From Nitrososphaeraceae archaeon (GTDB lineage: Archaea > Thermoproteota > Nitrososphaeria > Nitrososphaerales > Nitrososphaeraceae), in NCBI GenBank assembly GCA_049591355.1, contig JBAWET010000048.1, positions 1-58,994 of the forward strand: a stretch of DNA of 58,994 nucleotides, given 5' to 3'. The stretch's first letter is position 1, and every line of letters starts with the position of its first letter. Below, piece after piece: positions 10,378 to 21,429 of the stretch. Position numbers and translations under genes: made by a program. The notes below the pieces were generated by a model. That model saw only the letters and a list, made by a program, of their open reading frames with translations. It did no database searches and had not been told where the DNA came from.

Positions 10378-10683
10378 TTGGCAAGACGTGAATTTACTAT
10401 ACAAGTAGAGGGGGATAAAATACAAACTTTCGGACACTTACACAAGAACGTCGCCCTAAAATATCTGATGAAACGAAGAAGATCGATCTTAATGACCAAG
10501 GACAAGGAAAAAGTTGAGAAGCTCTTCACAGTCCTTCCGAGGAGTATAAGTATAGTAGGAAAAAACGTTACCCACACATATGCTGTCAATTGGGAAAGAG
10601 AGGGAGTAACAGATTTTGAGGGATCTCGATTTGTGTTTACATTAGAGGAAATTTCTCCGCCAGTTATTTCGGTGCCTGCCTAG
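10378..10683 (+). CDS. Conserved hypothetical protein
   Basis: 101-aa ORF with TTG start downstream of an AT-rich TATA-like element. Confidence 0.65.
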   Translation: MARREFTIQVEGDKIQTFGHLHKNVALKYLMKRRRSILMTKDKEKVEKLFTVLPRSISIVGKNVTHTYAVNWEREGVTDFEGSRFVFTLEEISPPVISVPA

Positions 10684-10820
10684 CAAATGACTAAGTTCAA
10701 TTCCGTTATTGAGTTACAATAGCATCCTTTGTAGCAAATGACAGTCGAGAATGAGTTTTTATTCCAATCATGGCACTAAATGCGTATACTTAAGATAAGT
10801 ACAGCAGTCTATTTATAATT

Positions 10821-10994
10821 TTAGCCACCTGCCGCTTCAGCACCTAAATGACCCCATAATCCTTCTTGGTAGGTATCAATGAGGTGGTTTATGACTTCGT
10901 CATAATCCAAATCCTCTTGCTTGCTATCCATCAATTCAATTCTTACGGACGATAATCGCTTGTAGGTAATATCATCTACATCAATACTCTTCAT
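10821..10994 (-). CDS. 57-aa protein missing from the ORF track, RHH/antitoxin-like N-terminus
   Basis: Manual translation MKSIDVDDITYKRLSSVRIELMDSKQEDLDYDEVINHLIDTYQEGLWGHLGAEAAGG, ATG to TAA. Confidence 0.7.
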   Translation of the reverse strand: MKSIDVDDITYKRLSSVRIELMDSKQEDLDYDEVINHLIDTYQEGLWGHLGAEAAGG

Positions 10995-11141
10995 TTACTA
11001 CTTCCTTGGAGTAATTTCTATTAATTAATTTGTAATTGCAAGGAATAATCTGAGCTATAACATTTTGTAATTTTTGATACATTCGATAATTTTTTATAAG
11101 AATTCGAAAAATTTATTACGATTTGGGTTCACCAAAATTTT

Positions 11142-11807
11142 GTGTACATAGACACAATCTCAGTCCCCCATGCCGTAAAACAAGTAATAGGATCTAATGG
11201 TTTGTTTTTTCAAGCACTAAGAACAGGCATAGTCAATTACACGGCATTAGCTCAAAAAATAAAACCTGACGTCGAAAAATTGACTAAAAACAATGTTAAT
11301 TTGAATACTCTGGTGGTTGCCATTAAGAGATTTGCAGACACGTTGGAAGACAATGGGGGAAACCTGTCAGTACCTACCATTGACGGAATTAGAATGTCTT
11401 TGACTGGTAGTATTTTAGATTTGGATTTCAGAACTGTTTCTCATGCGGTAGTTGAGGCCCTTGACGAGCTTATCGAATCTGACAAGGGATATAGTATGTT
11501 TAGAACAAATAAACAAATTCGAGTTTTCATAGAGGACCTCGATGAAGTTCGTACGATATTTGCTCCCACTAAAAGTTTTGAAGGCACAATCAAAGAAGGC
11601 TTATCGAAAATCACTATTAATATCCCCACAGACATGCAGAATACATATACCATCCTCTCGACAGTATCCTATATCCTTTCTAGCAGCCAAATCCCATTAT
11701 ACAATGCTTTCTTTTCTCATGATGAAATTACTCTGATACTGAATGTCGGTGACGCCGCTAAAGCCTACGAGATAATCAGAGAAGAGTTAGCAGGCATGCG
11801 GGAGTGA
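11142..11807 (+). CDS. HTH plus ACT-domain regulatory protein
   Basis: GIVNYTALAQKI...TLVVAIKR N-terminus with ACT-like C-terminus. Confidence 0.75.
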   Translation: MYIDTISVPHAVKQVIGSNGLFFQALRTGIVNYTALAQKIKPDVEKLTKNNVNLNTLVVAIKRFADTLEDNGGNLSVPTIDGIRMSLTGSILDLDFRTVSHAVVEALDELIESDKGYSMFRTNKQIRVFIEDLDEVRTIFAPTKSFEGTIKEGLSKITINIPTDMQNTYTILSTVSYILSSSQIPLYNAFFSHDEITLILNVGDAAKAYEIIREELAGMRE

Positions 11808-11888
11808 AAGTAGGACTAGTACCATATACACAGTTGGGACACTACTTATTTTTTTCATTAGCTACTAAGTGGTAATTTGATTCTCGAT

Positions 11889-14057
11889 TCACCTGTAATA
11901 CGGAACTGCCACCTTCTCTCCCGGTTTCCCCTCTCTTTGAGTCTTTATTTTCTTTACACTCTCTTCAAAATGACGCATCATTACATGTGCCTCCGAGACG
12001 TGCTTTGCTGCTTCTTCTGGTGTAGGGTATTTTGCCAAGTATTCATGCAAAACGAGAGAAACAGCGGTGTTCGCTACGGAACTTGCATCGGCTCCACTGA
12101 ATCCTTCGGTAAGTTCTGCAACCCGTACCAAATTTACATCTGGACCTAATGGCTTATCTTTTGAGTGTATTTCCAAAATCTTCTGTCGTGCAAGCTTGTC
12201 TGGCATAGGAACAAATACTATTTTATCAAATCTACCAGGCCTCAACAGAGCGGGATCTATTATATCTGCCCTATTTGTTGCCGCTAAAACGACTACACCA
12301 GAAAGTGCCTGGATTCCGTCAAGTTCAGTTAGTAATTGGGATACTACCCTTTCAGTAACCATACTATCTCCACCCATTCCTCTCGTAGGAGCTATCGAAT
12401 CAATTTCATCAAAAAATACTACACAAGGAGCAGCCTGTCTTGCCCTCCTGAATATTTCCCTTATGCCTCGTTCGGATTCTCCGACCCACTTGCTTAAAAG
12501 TTCAGGACCTCTTACACTTATGAAATTTGCCTCCGATTCTGTGGCAACGGCCTTTGCAAGAAGTGTTTTACCTGTACCAGATGGTCCGTGCATTAATAGT
12601 CCTTTAGGCATGGAATGACCCAACTTAGTGTACAGCTCAGGATATCGTAATGGCCATTCTACGGCCTCTTGCAATTCTCGTTTTACCTCTTCCAGTCCGC
12701 CTATAGAAGACCAAGGAACATCTGGAGATTCCAAATAAACTTCTCGCATAGCTGATGGCATCACTTCCTTCACAGCATTTTCGAAATCTGCCATAGTTAC
12801 TATTAGTTTATTCAATACTTCTGGAGAAAGCTTCTCATCCTCTAAGTTTAGTTCTGGCAATAATCGTCTTAAACATTTCATGGCTGCTTCCTTACACAAA
12901 TATTCCAAATCAGCTCCAACAAATCCGTGTGTAACTGCAGCCACTCGATCTTGTTCGACATCCGTATCGAGTGGCATATTTCTAGTGTGGATTTGAAGTA
13001 TCTCTAATCGTCCTCGCTTGTCGGGTACCTTTATTTCTATTTCCCTATCAAATCTGCCGGGTCTACGTAAAGCCGGGTCAATTGCATTTGGTCTGTTAGT
13101 GGCTGCAATGACAATTACTTTACCCCTGGCTTCTAAACCGTCCATTAATGACAAAAGTTGTGAAACTACTCTTCTTTCTACTTCTCCAGTAACTTCTTCT
13201 CTTTTTGGAGCGATAGAATCAATTTCATCTATAAATATGATTGAGGGAGCTTTCTCCTTTGCCTCTTTAAAGATTTCTCTGAGGCGTGCTTCGGATTCAC
13301 CATAGAATTTGCTCATTATTTCTGGCCCCGAGATACTTATGAAATGTGCGTTGCTTTCGTTAGCTACTGCTTTCGCTAATAACGTCTTCCCAGTCCCCGG
13401 GGGACCGTACAACAATACACCTTTTGGAGCTTCGATCCCTAACTTCTCAAATATTTCAGGATGTCTTAGGGGTAGCTCGATCATTTCCCGAACTTTTTGA
13501 ATTTCTTCCTTTAGCCCACCAATATCTTCATACGTAACCTGAGGAACTCCTCTAAGCGTTTCACCTTTCTCTGCAATGTGAAAAATAGTTTTTTGAGTTA
13601 CCAAAACTGCATCAGAAGCTGGTGTAACTCCAATTACTTGAAACGTAAGTCTTCCCCCAAAGTAGGGTACCATTACGTTGTCACCTTTTATCAGAGGCAC
13701 ACTCTCAAGTGCGTCAGCAAGATATCTCTCATCTATAGGCGGAATAGCTTCCAAAGGAGCGACTATTACTTTCTCTGCAGGGACCGCTTTAATTTTTCTA
13801 ACAATTACTGTATCTCCTATGGCAACTCCGGCATTATTTCTGACCAAACCGTCTACTCTAACAATCCCTTTTCCTTCATCAGATGGATATAATGGTAAAC
13901 ATTTCGCAACTGTTCTACGTTTACCTCTAATTTCAATCACATCGCCTGTAGATGCACTCAAAGAATCCATAGAATCATAATCGATACGGGCAACGCCGCG
14001 GCCCACATCTCGAGTGTAAGCTTCGAGTACCTTCAATGATAGAGTATTCTGACTCAC
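11889..14057 (-). CDS. cdc48: CDC48/VCP AAA ATPase
   Basis: N-domain plus two AAA modules ([27 protein letters not shown]). Confidence 0.97.
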   Translation of the reverse strand: MSQNTLSLKVLEAYTRDVGRGVARIDYDSMDSLSASTGDVIEIRGKRRTVAKCLPLYPSDEGKGIVRVDGLVRNNAGVAIGDTVIVRKIKAVPAEKVIVAPLEAIPPIDERYLADALESVPLIKGDNVMVPYFGGRLTFQVIGVTPASDAVLVTQKTIFHIAEKGETLRGVPQVTYEDIGGLKEEIQKVREMIELPLRHPEIFEKLGIEAPKGVLLYGPPGTGKTLLAKAVANESNAHFISISGPEIMSKFYGESEARLREIFKEAKEKAPSIIFIDEIDSIAPKREEVTGEVERRVVSQLLSLMDGLEARGKVIVIAATNRPNAIDPALRRPGRFDREIEIKVPDKRGRLEILQIHTRNMPLDTDVEQDRVAAVTHGFVGADLEYLCKEAAMKCLRRLLPELNLEDEKLSPEVLNKLIVTMADFENAVKEVMPSAMREVYLESPDVPWSSIGGLEEVKRELQEAVEWPLRYPELYTKLGHSMPKGLLMHGPSGTGKTLLAKAVATESEANFISVRGPELLSKWVGESERGIREIFRRARQAAPCVVFFDEIDSIAPTRGMGGDSMVTERVVSQLLTELDGIQALSGVVVLAATNRADIIDPALLRPGRFDKIVFVPMPDKLARQKILEIHSKDKPLGPDVNLVRVAELTEGFSGADASSVANTAVSLVLHEYLAKYPTPEEAAKHVSEAHVMMRHFEESVKKIKTQREGKPGEKVAVPYYR

Positions 14058-14257
14058 AATATCACTTACGACTTTACTTATCTTTATACCTTTGTTAGAA
14101 TAATAATAGCAAGAAAAAGGAGTGAAATCTTCCCAATTTACTATTATAGTGCGCGGCTTCTGTCAGATCCAAGAAATAGTATTCAAAGTTCCTAATTCAT
14201 CATTTCCGTTGAGATGCTGCACTTTCTCAATATCTCAATAACAAAAAAAACTTTATC

Positions 14258-14270
14258 AAAAGCTTAAAAT
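14258..14270 (+). promoter_or_regulatory. BRE/TATA element of rpl2
   Basis: AAAAGCTTAAAAT about 30 nt upstream of the TTG at 14301. Confidence 0.45.
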
Positions 14271-14300
14271 CACCACACATCTCAAATTGAACGAAGAACT

Positions 14301-15032
14301 TTGGGAAAAAGAACTCTAGTACGAAGAAGAGGACGAGGAGGAAAACAATTTAGAGCCATCATAGTAGGAAAGATTGCACCTTCTAAATATCCCAATTTCA
14401 AGTTTCCCGAAAAGCATTTTGGATCTGTTGTAGATATCGTTCATGAGAGAGGTAGGGATGCCCCGTTGGCAAAGGTACGTTTCGACAACAGAACTGTTAG
14501 TTATGTTCCTGCCACCGACGGTATTGCAGTAGGAAATAGCATCCAAATAGGATATGATATTCCCGCTGCACACAACAATATCTTGGCTTTGGAATCGATA
14601 CCTGATGGAACTTTAATTTGCAATATGGAAAAAAATATTGGAGATGGCGGTAAGCTAGTAAAGGCTTCTGGCTCTTCGGCATTGGTTTTTTCACATTCAC
14701 CACAAGGTGTTACGGTGAAGCTCCCGTCGGGTAAGTTCATTACTCTCAGCCCCAATTGTAAGGCGATGGTTGGCGTGGTAGCAGGTGCAGGAAGAAAAGA
14801 AAAGCCATTCCTCAGAGCAGGAAATAGAGCGAAATACATGAAGGCAAAAGGGAAATTATATCCCACAGTTAGGGGAATAGCACAGGCAGCGGTGTATCAT
14901 CCCCATGGTGGTGGAAGACATCAACACATTGGGCATCCGTCTTCAGTTGGAAGAACTACACCTCCTGGAGCAAAAGTGGGCAATATTGCACCTAGAAAGA
15001 CTGGACGAGCAAGGCTTAAAGACAGAAGATGA
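14301..15032 (+). CDS. rpl2: 50S ribosomal protein L2
   Basis: MGKR...RRGRG, HPHGGG and PPGAKVGNIAPRKTG. Confidence 0.97.
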   Translation: MGKRTLVRRRGRGGKQFRAIIVGKIAPSKYPNFKFPEKHFGSVVDIVHERGRDAPLAKVRFDNRTVSYVPATDGIAVGNSIQIGYDIPAAHNNILALESIPDGTLICNMEKNIGDGGKLVKASGSSALVFSHSPQGVTVKLPSGKFITLSPNCKAMVGVVAGAGRKEKPFLRAGNRAKYMKAKGKLYPTVRGIAQAAVYHPHGGGRHQHIGHPSSVGRTTPPGAKVGNIAPRKTGRARLKDRR

Positions 15033-15123
15033 GGGTTAATAGATCAATATCATCCAGTACTATTATTGTGGAAACGTACGAGTTGCCATAATACGAACCT
15101 TTTTTATTTCCAAGATTGTTAGA

Positions 15124-15810
15124 TTGGTAACAAATACTAATACAATCCTAAATCTTATGAGGAAGACCCTTCAAGAAAACAAACTAACTAGACTCACAGC
15201 ACTAAAAAATTTGCAACAACAAGAGCAAGGAGACCCTTTCAAAATCTTGATTGGAACTATGTTATCTGCACGTACTAGAGATGAGAATACAACTCGGGTC
15301 TTGAAATATCTATTCGATAAGTTTAGAGACATCGATGGAATATCCAAAGCTGATCTAAAAGATATCAGAGATTCAATTCACAGTATTGGATTTTATAACA
15401 TCAAGGCAAAGAGAATAAAACAGGTGGTGCAGTTACTGATTGAAAAGTTTGATAGTAAAGTACCTTCTAATTTGGAGGAATTACTGACGTTGCCGGGAGT
15501 CGGGAGAAAGACTGCAAATTGTGTTCTTGTCTATGCTTTCAACCAGCCGGCCATTCCCGTGGATGTTCATGTGCACAGGATATCAAATAGACTGGGCATA
15601 GTGAATACAAGAAAAGTGGAAGAGACCGAGATGCAATTATGTAGTATCATCGATAAAGAAATGTGGATTGAGGTAAATGATACATTCGTTACTTATGGAC
15701 AAAATGTATGTCTTCCAATTAAACCAAAGTGTAATGTATGCCAACTTAAAAAAATGTGTAAATTTTACAAAAGGATTAAGCCTCCCTCTTCTTCTTCACG
15801 AGAAGAGTAA
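15124..15810 (+). CDS. nth: Endonuclease III
   Basis: HhH LPGVGRKTAN, VDVHV and C-x6-C-x2-C-x5-C [4Fe-4S] motif. Confidence 0.95.
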   Translation: MVTNTNTILNLMRKTLQENKLTRLTALKNLQQQEQGDPFKILIGTMLSARTRDENTTRVLKYLFDKFRDIDGISKADLKDIRDSIHSIGFYNIKAKRIKQVVQLLIEKFDSKVPSNLEELLTLPGVGRKTANCVLVYAFNQPAIPVDVHVHRISNRLGIVNTRKVEETEMQLCSIIDKEMWIEVNDTFVTYGQNVCLPIKPKCNVCQLKKMCKFYKRIKPPSSSSREE

Positions 15811-16498
15811 CAATAATCCCCGCCATTATTATTGACACTCCCAGAGGAAGATAGTATAATGGCGAATTGGCAGGATTACCAAAAATGATGTTGAATGAAA
15901 TTTTTCCTCCAATGACATTAGAAGGATCTTCTGGCCTGTCCTTTCCATATACAGATATTGAACCAACAACAAAGTCATTAATAGAGAGTCGGTCTATGAT
16001 AATTCTTTTACCGTTTGTGATGGTCAGACCCTGATTGTTTGCATGTGCTACAAATATTGGCTGATCTCTTGACCACCCATCGCTATCACGTTCATATATT
16101 CTAATGTAACCAGAATCTTTGGTGTTGACTGCTGCCCAGAATCTGGCAGATTCTCCTCCGAACATACCCAGCTCTATGAATTTTTCGCTCGGATAAGGTT
16201 CTTGGATTTTTATTATCGTTTTTGCGTTACTGTAATGAGAATAAGTTAGGTTATTCTGAATTACCAACTGCCAGTTAGTAGGAATAGGTTTTGCGAAGGA
16301 ATATACTACGGGATTCTTTCTGTCGGCATTAGAGGCCGAAAAAGAAAGAGTAAAACCTTCACTATTCTTTGTGCTTATAATGTCACTGGCTTCCGGAGAC
16401 TGCACGAGACTTTGAACAGGGTTGATCATCAACGCCTGACTAAATAAACCCATAGCAACGAACATTACAAGGAGTTCTGATTTCAATTCTACCAACAT
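15776..16498 (-). CDS. Secreted/membrane-anchored hypothetical protein
   Basis: N-terminal hydrophobic segment; C-terminal TM helix followed by KKKR. Confidence 0.7.
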   Translation of the reverse strand: MLVELKSELLVMFVAMGLFSQALMINPVQSLVQSPEASDIISTKNSEGFTLSFSASNADRKNPVVYSFAKPIPTNWQLVIQNNLTYSHYSNAKTIIKIQEPYPSEKFIELGMFGGESARFWAAVNTKDSGYIRIYERDSDGWSRDQPIFVAHANNQGLTITNGKRIIIDRLSINDFVVGSISVYGKDRPEDPSNVIGGKISFNIIFGNPANSPLYYLPLGVSIIMAGIIVTLLVKKKREA

Positions 16499-16520
16499 TA
16501 TTAATTATTCTAGACACTAG

Positions 16521-17663
16521 TTATTCCTTTACAAATGGATCATCAGACGAAATTATTAATTGTGATACTTCTGGCCTCATTAGATGTTTGTCAGGAATCT
16601 CTCCAGTATTTACCATTTTTCGAATCATAGTACCACTCAACTCTTCTCTGAATTCATGACTGTGCGGACATGTTTTAGCATTCGCGTATGCAAGGCATTT
16701 TCTGCAATAATAAAACGAAGGGAAGAAAATAGGCTCAATGCCCAAATCAGGATAGTTCTTGAATATATCATGTGCAGCGTATGGCGGGTAGTACTCACCT
16801 ACCCCTGCATGATCCCTACCGACAATAAAATGAGTGCAGCCAAAGTTCTTACGCATTATTGCGTGATGGATGGCCTCCCGTGGTCCTGCGTATCTCATTT
16901 CTGTGTGAAGAGTTGCAAACAATACCTTTTCCTGCGGATAATAGTTTCGGATCAAAAGATCATAAGACCTTACAATCATTTCATCTGTAAAGTCTCCTGT
17001 CTTCTTCTTTCCGATCAAGGGATTAATGAACAGTCCGTCATAGATATTGAGTGCAGCCTTTTGCACCATCTCGTGGGCATTATGGGGAACATTCCGTGTC
17101 TGAAATCCAACAACGGTATTCCATTTTCTGCGTACAATTTCTTTTCGTGTTTCTAGGGGACTCATCCTAAATTGTCTTATTCCCAATCGGTCCTGAACCC
17201 CGAAAATTTCAGTTTTACCGCTTACAAGAATATCTTTCATTGTAAGTACCTTCTTCACACCTGGATGTTTCGTATCAGTGGTCCCATACACTGAAGTAGA
17301 GAGGTGGACTTTATCGAACCTGTAAATATCTTTAACGTGTATTATGCCAAAACTTTCTCCTTCGCAAGCCAAAACTACATCCCCTAAGTCCTTCAAACTT
17401 CTTGCTATGTGATCATCAACGTCAAAAACTATTGGTATGGTCCAAGCAGTGCCATCAGTTAGTCTTCCTTCCCTTAGAACTTGTTGCAAGTCATCCTCAT
17501 TCAGGAAACCATCCAAAGGACTAAAAATACCCTGGGCTATATTTTCAACTTCAGTACGTATGTCTCGACTTACGTCAAATGTTGTCATTCCTAATAAATC
17601 TTTAGCCGTAACAACATTATTTACCAGTTTCCCACCATGCGGCAGGATTGATACTTGATTCAA
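16521..17663 (-). CDS. sat: Sulfate adenylyltransferase
   Basis: PHGGKL, FQTRNVPH, MRYAGPREA and HFIVGRDHAG. Confidence 0.97.
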   Translation of the reverse strand: MNQVSILPHGGKLVNNVVTAKDLLGMTTFDVSRDIRTEVENIAQGIFSPLDGFLNEDDLQQVLREGRLTDGTAWTIPIVFDVDDHIARSLKDLGDVVLACEGESFGIIHVKDIYRFDKVHLSTSVYGTTDTKHPGVKKVLTMKDILVSGKTEIFGVQDRLGIRQFRMSPLETRKEIVRRKWNTVVGFQTRNVPHNAHEMVQKAALNIYDGLFINPLIGKKKTGDFTDEMIVRSYDLLIRNYYPQEKVLFATLHTEMRYAGPREAIHHAIMRKNFGCTHFIVGRDHAGVGEYYPPYAAHDIFKNYPDLGIEPIFFPSFYYCRKCLAYANAKTCPHSHEFREELSGTMIRKMVNTGEIPDKHLMRPEVSQLIISSDDPFVKE

Positions 17664-18448
17664 TTTACCTTACTTGACCTGTCCGACTTGTTTTTCACGG
17701 GATCCAAATGTAGGCCACATTCCTTATGAGATGAATTCTCCCACCACCACCTGCCAGCTCGAGAATCTTCTCCTGGCTTCACTGCCCTGGTACAAGGAGC
17801 GCATCCTATGCTCTGGTATCCAAGGTCGTGTAATTTATTATACGGAATCTCATTATCTTTTATAAATTTCCAAATTTGGTCTGAAGTCCAATCTGCAAGT
17901 GGATTCAATTTTACAATGTTTCCATGCGCTGAATCAATTTCGATTTTTTTAATTTCATTTCTGGTAATAGTTTGCTCGCGCCTTAATCCCGTGATCCAAC
18001 ACTCCAATCCTGTCAGTGCTCTCTTAAGTGGGTCAACCTTTCTTATTTTACAACATAGCTTTCTATTCTCGATACTCCCATACATCAAATTTATTCCCTT
18101 CTGTGTAACCATTTCCTCAACTTGAGGACTATCTGGAAAGAAAACCTCTATCGTCACACCATATCTCTTTCGTACATCCTCCATTACGTCGTATGTCTCT
18201 TGATTTAATCTGCCTGTATCAAGTGTGAAAATCCTAGCGTGTGCACCGTCGATCTCACAAATTAAGTCAATCAACACTGCATCTTCTGCACCAAAACTGG
18301 ACGCCAATGCGACATGTGGCGCATACGAATCCAAAGCCCATCTTATGACTTCTTTAGCAGACTTTGATTCCATTTCTTCAGATATTGAATTTAATTGGTC
18401 AAAGGATGGATTAGAACGGTTAACACGGTCAGAACTTAACAGGTCCAT
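17660..18448 (-). CDS. cysH: APS/PAPS reductase
   Basis: SSFGAED, LDTG, CC..RKVDPL, SIGCAPCT and ECGLH; the CC and CxxC pair suggests an Fe-S APS-type enzyme; overlaps the sat start. Confidence 0.95.
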   Translation of the reverse strand: MDLLSSDRVNRSNPSFDQLNSISEEMESKSAKEVIRWALDSYAPHVALASSFGAEDAVLIDLICEIDGAHARIFTLDTGRLNQETYDVMEDVRKRYGVTIEVFFPDSPQVEEMVTQKGINLMYGSIENRKLCCKIRKVDPLKRALTGLECWITGLRREQTITRNEIKKIEIDSAHGNIVKLNPLADWTSDQIWKFIKDNEIPYNKLHDLGYQSIGCAPCTRAVKPGEDSRAGRWWWENSSHKECGLHLDPVKNKSDRSSKVN

Positions 18449-18608
18449 ATAGCAAATTTCACACAGTAGATTTATAATTATTTGTTTTTCATGTACAAAT
18501 AGATTGCAATAGGTTGAAATTGGTGAGGCATCTCGTCTTATTTATTAAGAAGAGCTGTCTTATGCAGATTGATTATAGATAAACGAAAATTAAACAAGTG
18601 ATAAGATA

Positions 18609-19982
18609 ATGAGTGATGAATTCTGGAATAACTTAAATCAATACCGCGAACTGGGATTAGACGCACCTCGCTGGATAGCGAGTTCCTCCGATGAGTTGGA
18701 GTCTCTTGCAATATTAGACTCTTTCGCCAAAACAAAGAGATCAAATTATCTCACAGATTATTCTTGGTTTGACGCATTCCCTTATAGTGGAAAAAATCCA
18801 GAAATCGTAAGAAGAGTATATAATTTTAAAGACTTTGATAACGCAAATATCTTAAAAAACAAACGAATTGTGTCTTTATTTAATGTGCATGCTGACACCC
18901 TCTGTGACTCCCCAGCGTTATTGAAAATGTTGACCAATTTCTGTGCGAAAATAAATCCAAAATACCGAGTCAAGTGTGTAGGGATCTCAACAACTTCTCA
19001 TCGAGAAAGTGAATTTGTTTTGTTGGATTACATTGATGTACATAGAGGCGACAAGATTGGAAATACTGCAATTAACACATCCTCCATCAAAGTCATTGAT
19101 CCTTTAGAACTACCTGATTCTCCTGTTAATGTCGCTATTTCTTTGACAGCATCTTTAGAAAACCTTCTTATTCTGGGTTGCACCACAGGTTTCAGAATTA
19201 TCCCTATATACGACGGTCCAAATGATGATATAATTAATCGCATTCAGACTAGTCACGATGCGTTCGCTTCAAAATATGATATATTTATCGACGATTATAG
19301 TTCAATTAAGACTGGAAAGTTATTCTTAGGAGCAACGGCATACGCTCATACCGAGAAACAGCTGCCTGTGAGATACGACTTAATAAAACCAGGAATGGCG
19401 GTTTTATTAACTGACAAATTTGGATCATTATCTCCTCTAAATATTTTCACCATGGAGAAGTTAGAAGAATTTGAGCCGAATGCCCCCAATGAGCTTGCAG
19501 ACTCCGTTATAAAGAATGAAATTATAAAGTCTCTCACTCAACCCAAATTTTCACTTGGTAAGATTGTTGCCAAATATAGTCCCGAACTTGGTAATGAATT
19601 TGATATTTCTACAAACTTAGTCGCAGTTCACCCTGCAGGTATCGACGGAGCTTTGGCTCTACTCCATCTTGCAAGAATTTCAAATTCTCATTTGAATATA
19701 AGAGAGATACCTATGAAATACGAGGAATTTGCGGTCAGGGCAACAACTGAGAATATAATTCCAAATTCTACCTCCTCAGTAAATGGATGCCACATTATAA
19801 TCGCAAGTAATGAGGTGGCAAATCAAATAGCAGAAGATTTGAAAAAACATAATTTCGATGCAACAATAATAGGAGAAGTTATAGAAAAAGACGGTGCAAA
19901 AGTAACCATTAATAAAAAACTAAGGTCTTATATGGCAGCGGATCGTCTGATTAATAGATTTGAACTAAGTGATTCAATTTAG
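18609..19982 (+). CDS. SelD-like / AIR-synthase-related protein
   Basis: IKVIDP motif and AIRS C-terminal pattern (IKPGMAVLLTDKFG, NGCHIII, ATIIGEV). Confidence 0.6.
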   Translation: MSDEFWNNLNQYRELGLDAPRWIASSSDELESLAILDSFAKTKRSNYLTDYSWFDAFPYSGKNPEIVRRVYNFKDFDNANILKNKRIVSLFNVHADTLCDSPALLKMLTNFCAKINPKYRVKCVGISTTSHRESEFVLLDYIDVHRGDKIGNTAINTSSIKVIDPLELPDSPVNVAISLTASLENLLILGCTTGFRIIPIYDGPNDDIINRIQTSHDAFASKYDIFIDDYSSIKTGKLFLGATAYAHTEKQLPVRYDLIKPGMAVLLTDKFGSLSPLNIFTMEKLEEFEPNAPNELADSVIKNEIIKSLTQPKFSLGKIVAKYSPELGNEFDISTNLVAVHPAGIDGALALLHLARISNSHLNIREIPMKYEEFAVRATTENIIPNSTSSVNGCHIIIASNEVANQIAEDLKKHNFDATIIGEVIEKDGAKVTINKKLRSYMAADRLINRFELSDSI

Positions 19983-20056
19983 CTATTTCTATTAATCATC
20001 GGCGGTTAATGTGAAATGTTTATAAAATAATTGATGATGGTCATAATTACCGCGAG

Positions 20057-20497
20057 GTGTGCATTTTGGATAATATTTCAAGTTGTATCTTTTGTAACAT
20101 TGCGAAATATATAACTAAAGCAAGAATTATCAGTGAGAATGAGCACGCAGTCGCCTTTCTTGATGCATTCCCATTAAGGCGCGGACATTCACTTGTAGCA
20201 ACAAAAATGCACTGGGCAAAACTGCAAGAAATAAATTCTGACGAAATTATTTCTTTGTTTGGATTAGTTAGCTTAGTGGCCGATGCACTTGAGAAAGGCA
20301 TGGATGCAAATGCTACTCTAATCGCAATTCATAATGGAAAACAAGCCGGTCAAGAGATACCACATCTGCACGTTCATATCTTACCTCGTAAACGTGACGA
20401 TGGTGGAGCCCCTATTCATTCCATCTTTAAGACAAGAATAAGTATTGATGATTCAGAGATGGACAATATCTTGGTTAAAATCAAGGATAAGCTATGA
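20057..20497 (+). CDS. HIT family hydrolase
   Basis: CIFC, AFLDAFP..RGH and AGQEIPHLHVHILPR. Confidence 0.93.
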   Translation: MCILDNISSCIFCNIAKYITKARIISENEHAVAFLDAFPLRRGHSLVATKMHWAKLQEINSDEIISLFGLVSLVADALEKGMDANATLIAIHNGKQAGQEIPHLHVHILPRKRDDGGAPIHSIFKTRISIDDSEMDNILVKIKDKL

Positions 20498-20551
20498 GTA
20501 TCTAAGAAAGCACAAGGAAACCTTGGAAAAGGATATACTAAATGTGAGCAA

Positions 20552-21259
20552 TCAACCGATTCTAACTATCTCCGACGGGATCTCTCTTAACCTTTTAATT
20601 GTTAATGTCGGATGCTCATTGTCAGTTAACGGTTCTTGCTGAGAGAACAATGAGTTAGTAATCCTAATCGTTTTCATTCCCAACTCGTTTGCAGGTTTTA
20701 TGTCAGTATCCAGTCGATCACCTATCATTACACATTCAGGGCCTGACTTGCCTGCACTTAGAAGAGCAGCTTCGAAAATCCTTCTGTCCGGCTTTCTGAA
20801 TCCAGTTTGAGAGGAAAAAACGATGGCCTCAAAGAGCCCTATTATCCCATACTTTTGCAAGAAAGATAATGCGTGACCACTCTGGTTTGCAATAATACCC
20901 ATTTGGTACTTTTTACGAAGTTGGATTAATGTTGGTAAAGCATCGTCATAAAGGGTTAAGTGTTTTTGTCTTGCATATTGGATATGGGGTTGAAAGTGTT
21001 GGAAAATAAGTCTACCATAACCTTCGGGTCTAAGTAATTTGCAAACTTCAAAAATTAACTCCTCAAAATCACCGCTACCGATAATCCTATTTCTAATTAC
21101 GTTATTTCTTATGGCAATATAATTCAATCTATCTATCTTTGTTCCAAATCCTTCAAGTAATTCTAAAAATATAGAATCTAAATACCGTATCATTTCCCAC
21201 TCATTGATTAACGTTTGTCCGAGATCAAAGAATAAGAAATATGAAGAAGGATTATTCAT
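20552..21259 (-). CDS. HAD family hydrolase
   Basis: FFDLGQTL, KPDRRIF and MIGDRLDTDI. Confidence 0.9.
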   Translation of the reverse strand: MNNPSSYFLFFDLGQTLINEWEMIRYLDSIFLELLEGFGTKIDRLNYIAIRNNVIRNRIIGSGDFEELIFEVCKLLRPEGYGRLIFQHFQPHIQYARQKHLTLYDDALPTLIQLRKKYQMGIIANQSGHALSFLQKYGIIGLFEAIVFSSQTGFRKPDRRIFEAALLSAGKSGPECVMIGDRLDTDIKPANELGMKTIRITNSLFSQQEPLTDNEHPTLTIKRLREIPSEIVRIG

Positions 21260-21429
21260 TTCTAGTCACACTGTTTCTCGGGAACAATAAGTGAAATAAC
21301 AAAAATTCGGCTATTAGAGTCTTCTTTCCTCGACTGAGTCGAAAACTCAATAGATTCTAACGTGCGAGTCGGCACAAAGGTTCATAAAAAAGAAATAATT
21401 TCCAGGAAATATCCTTTGATACTCGGCGG

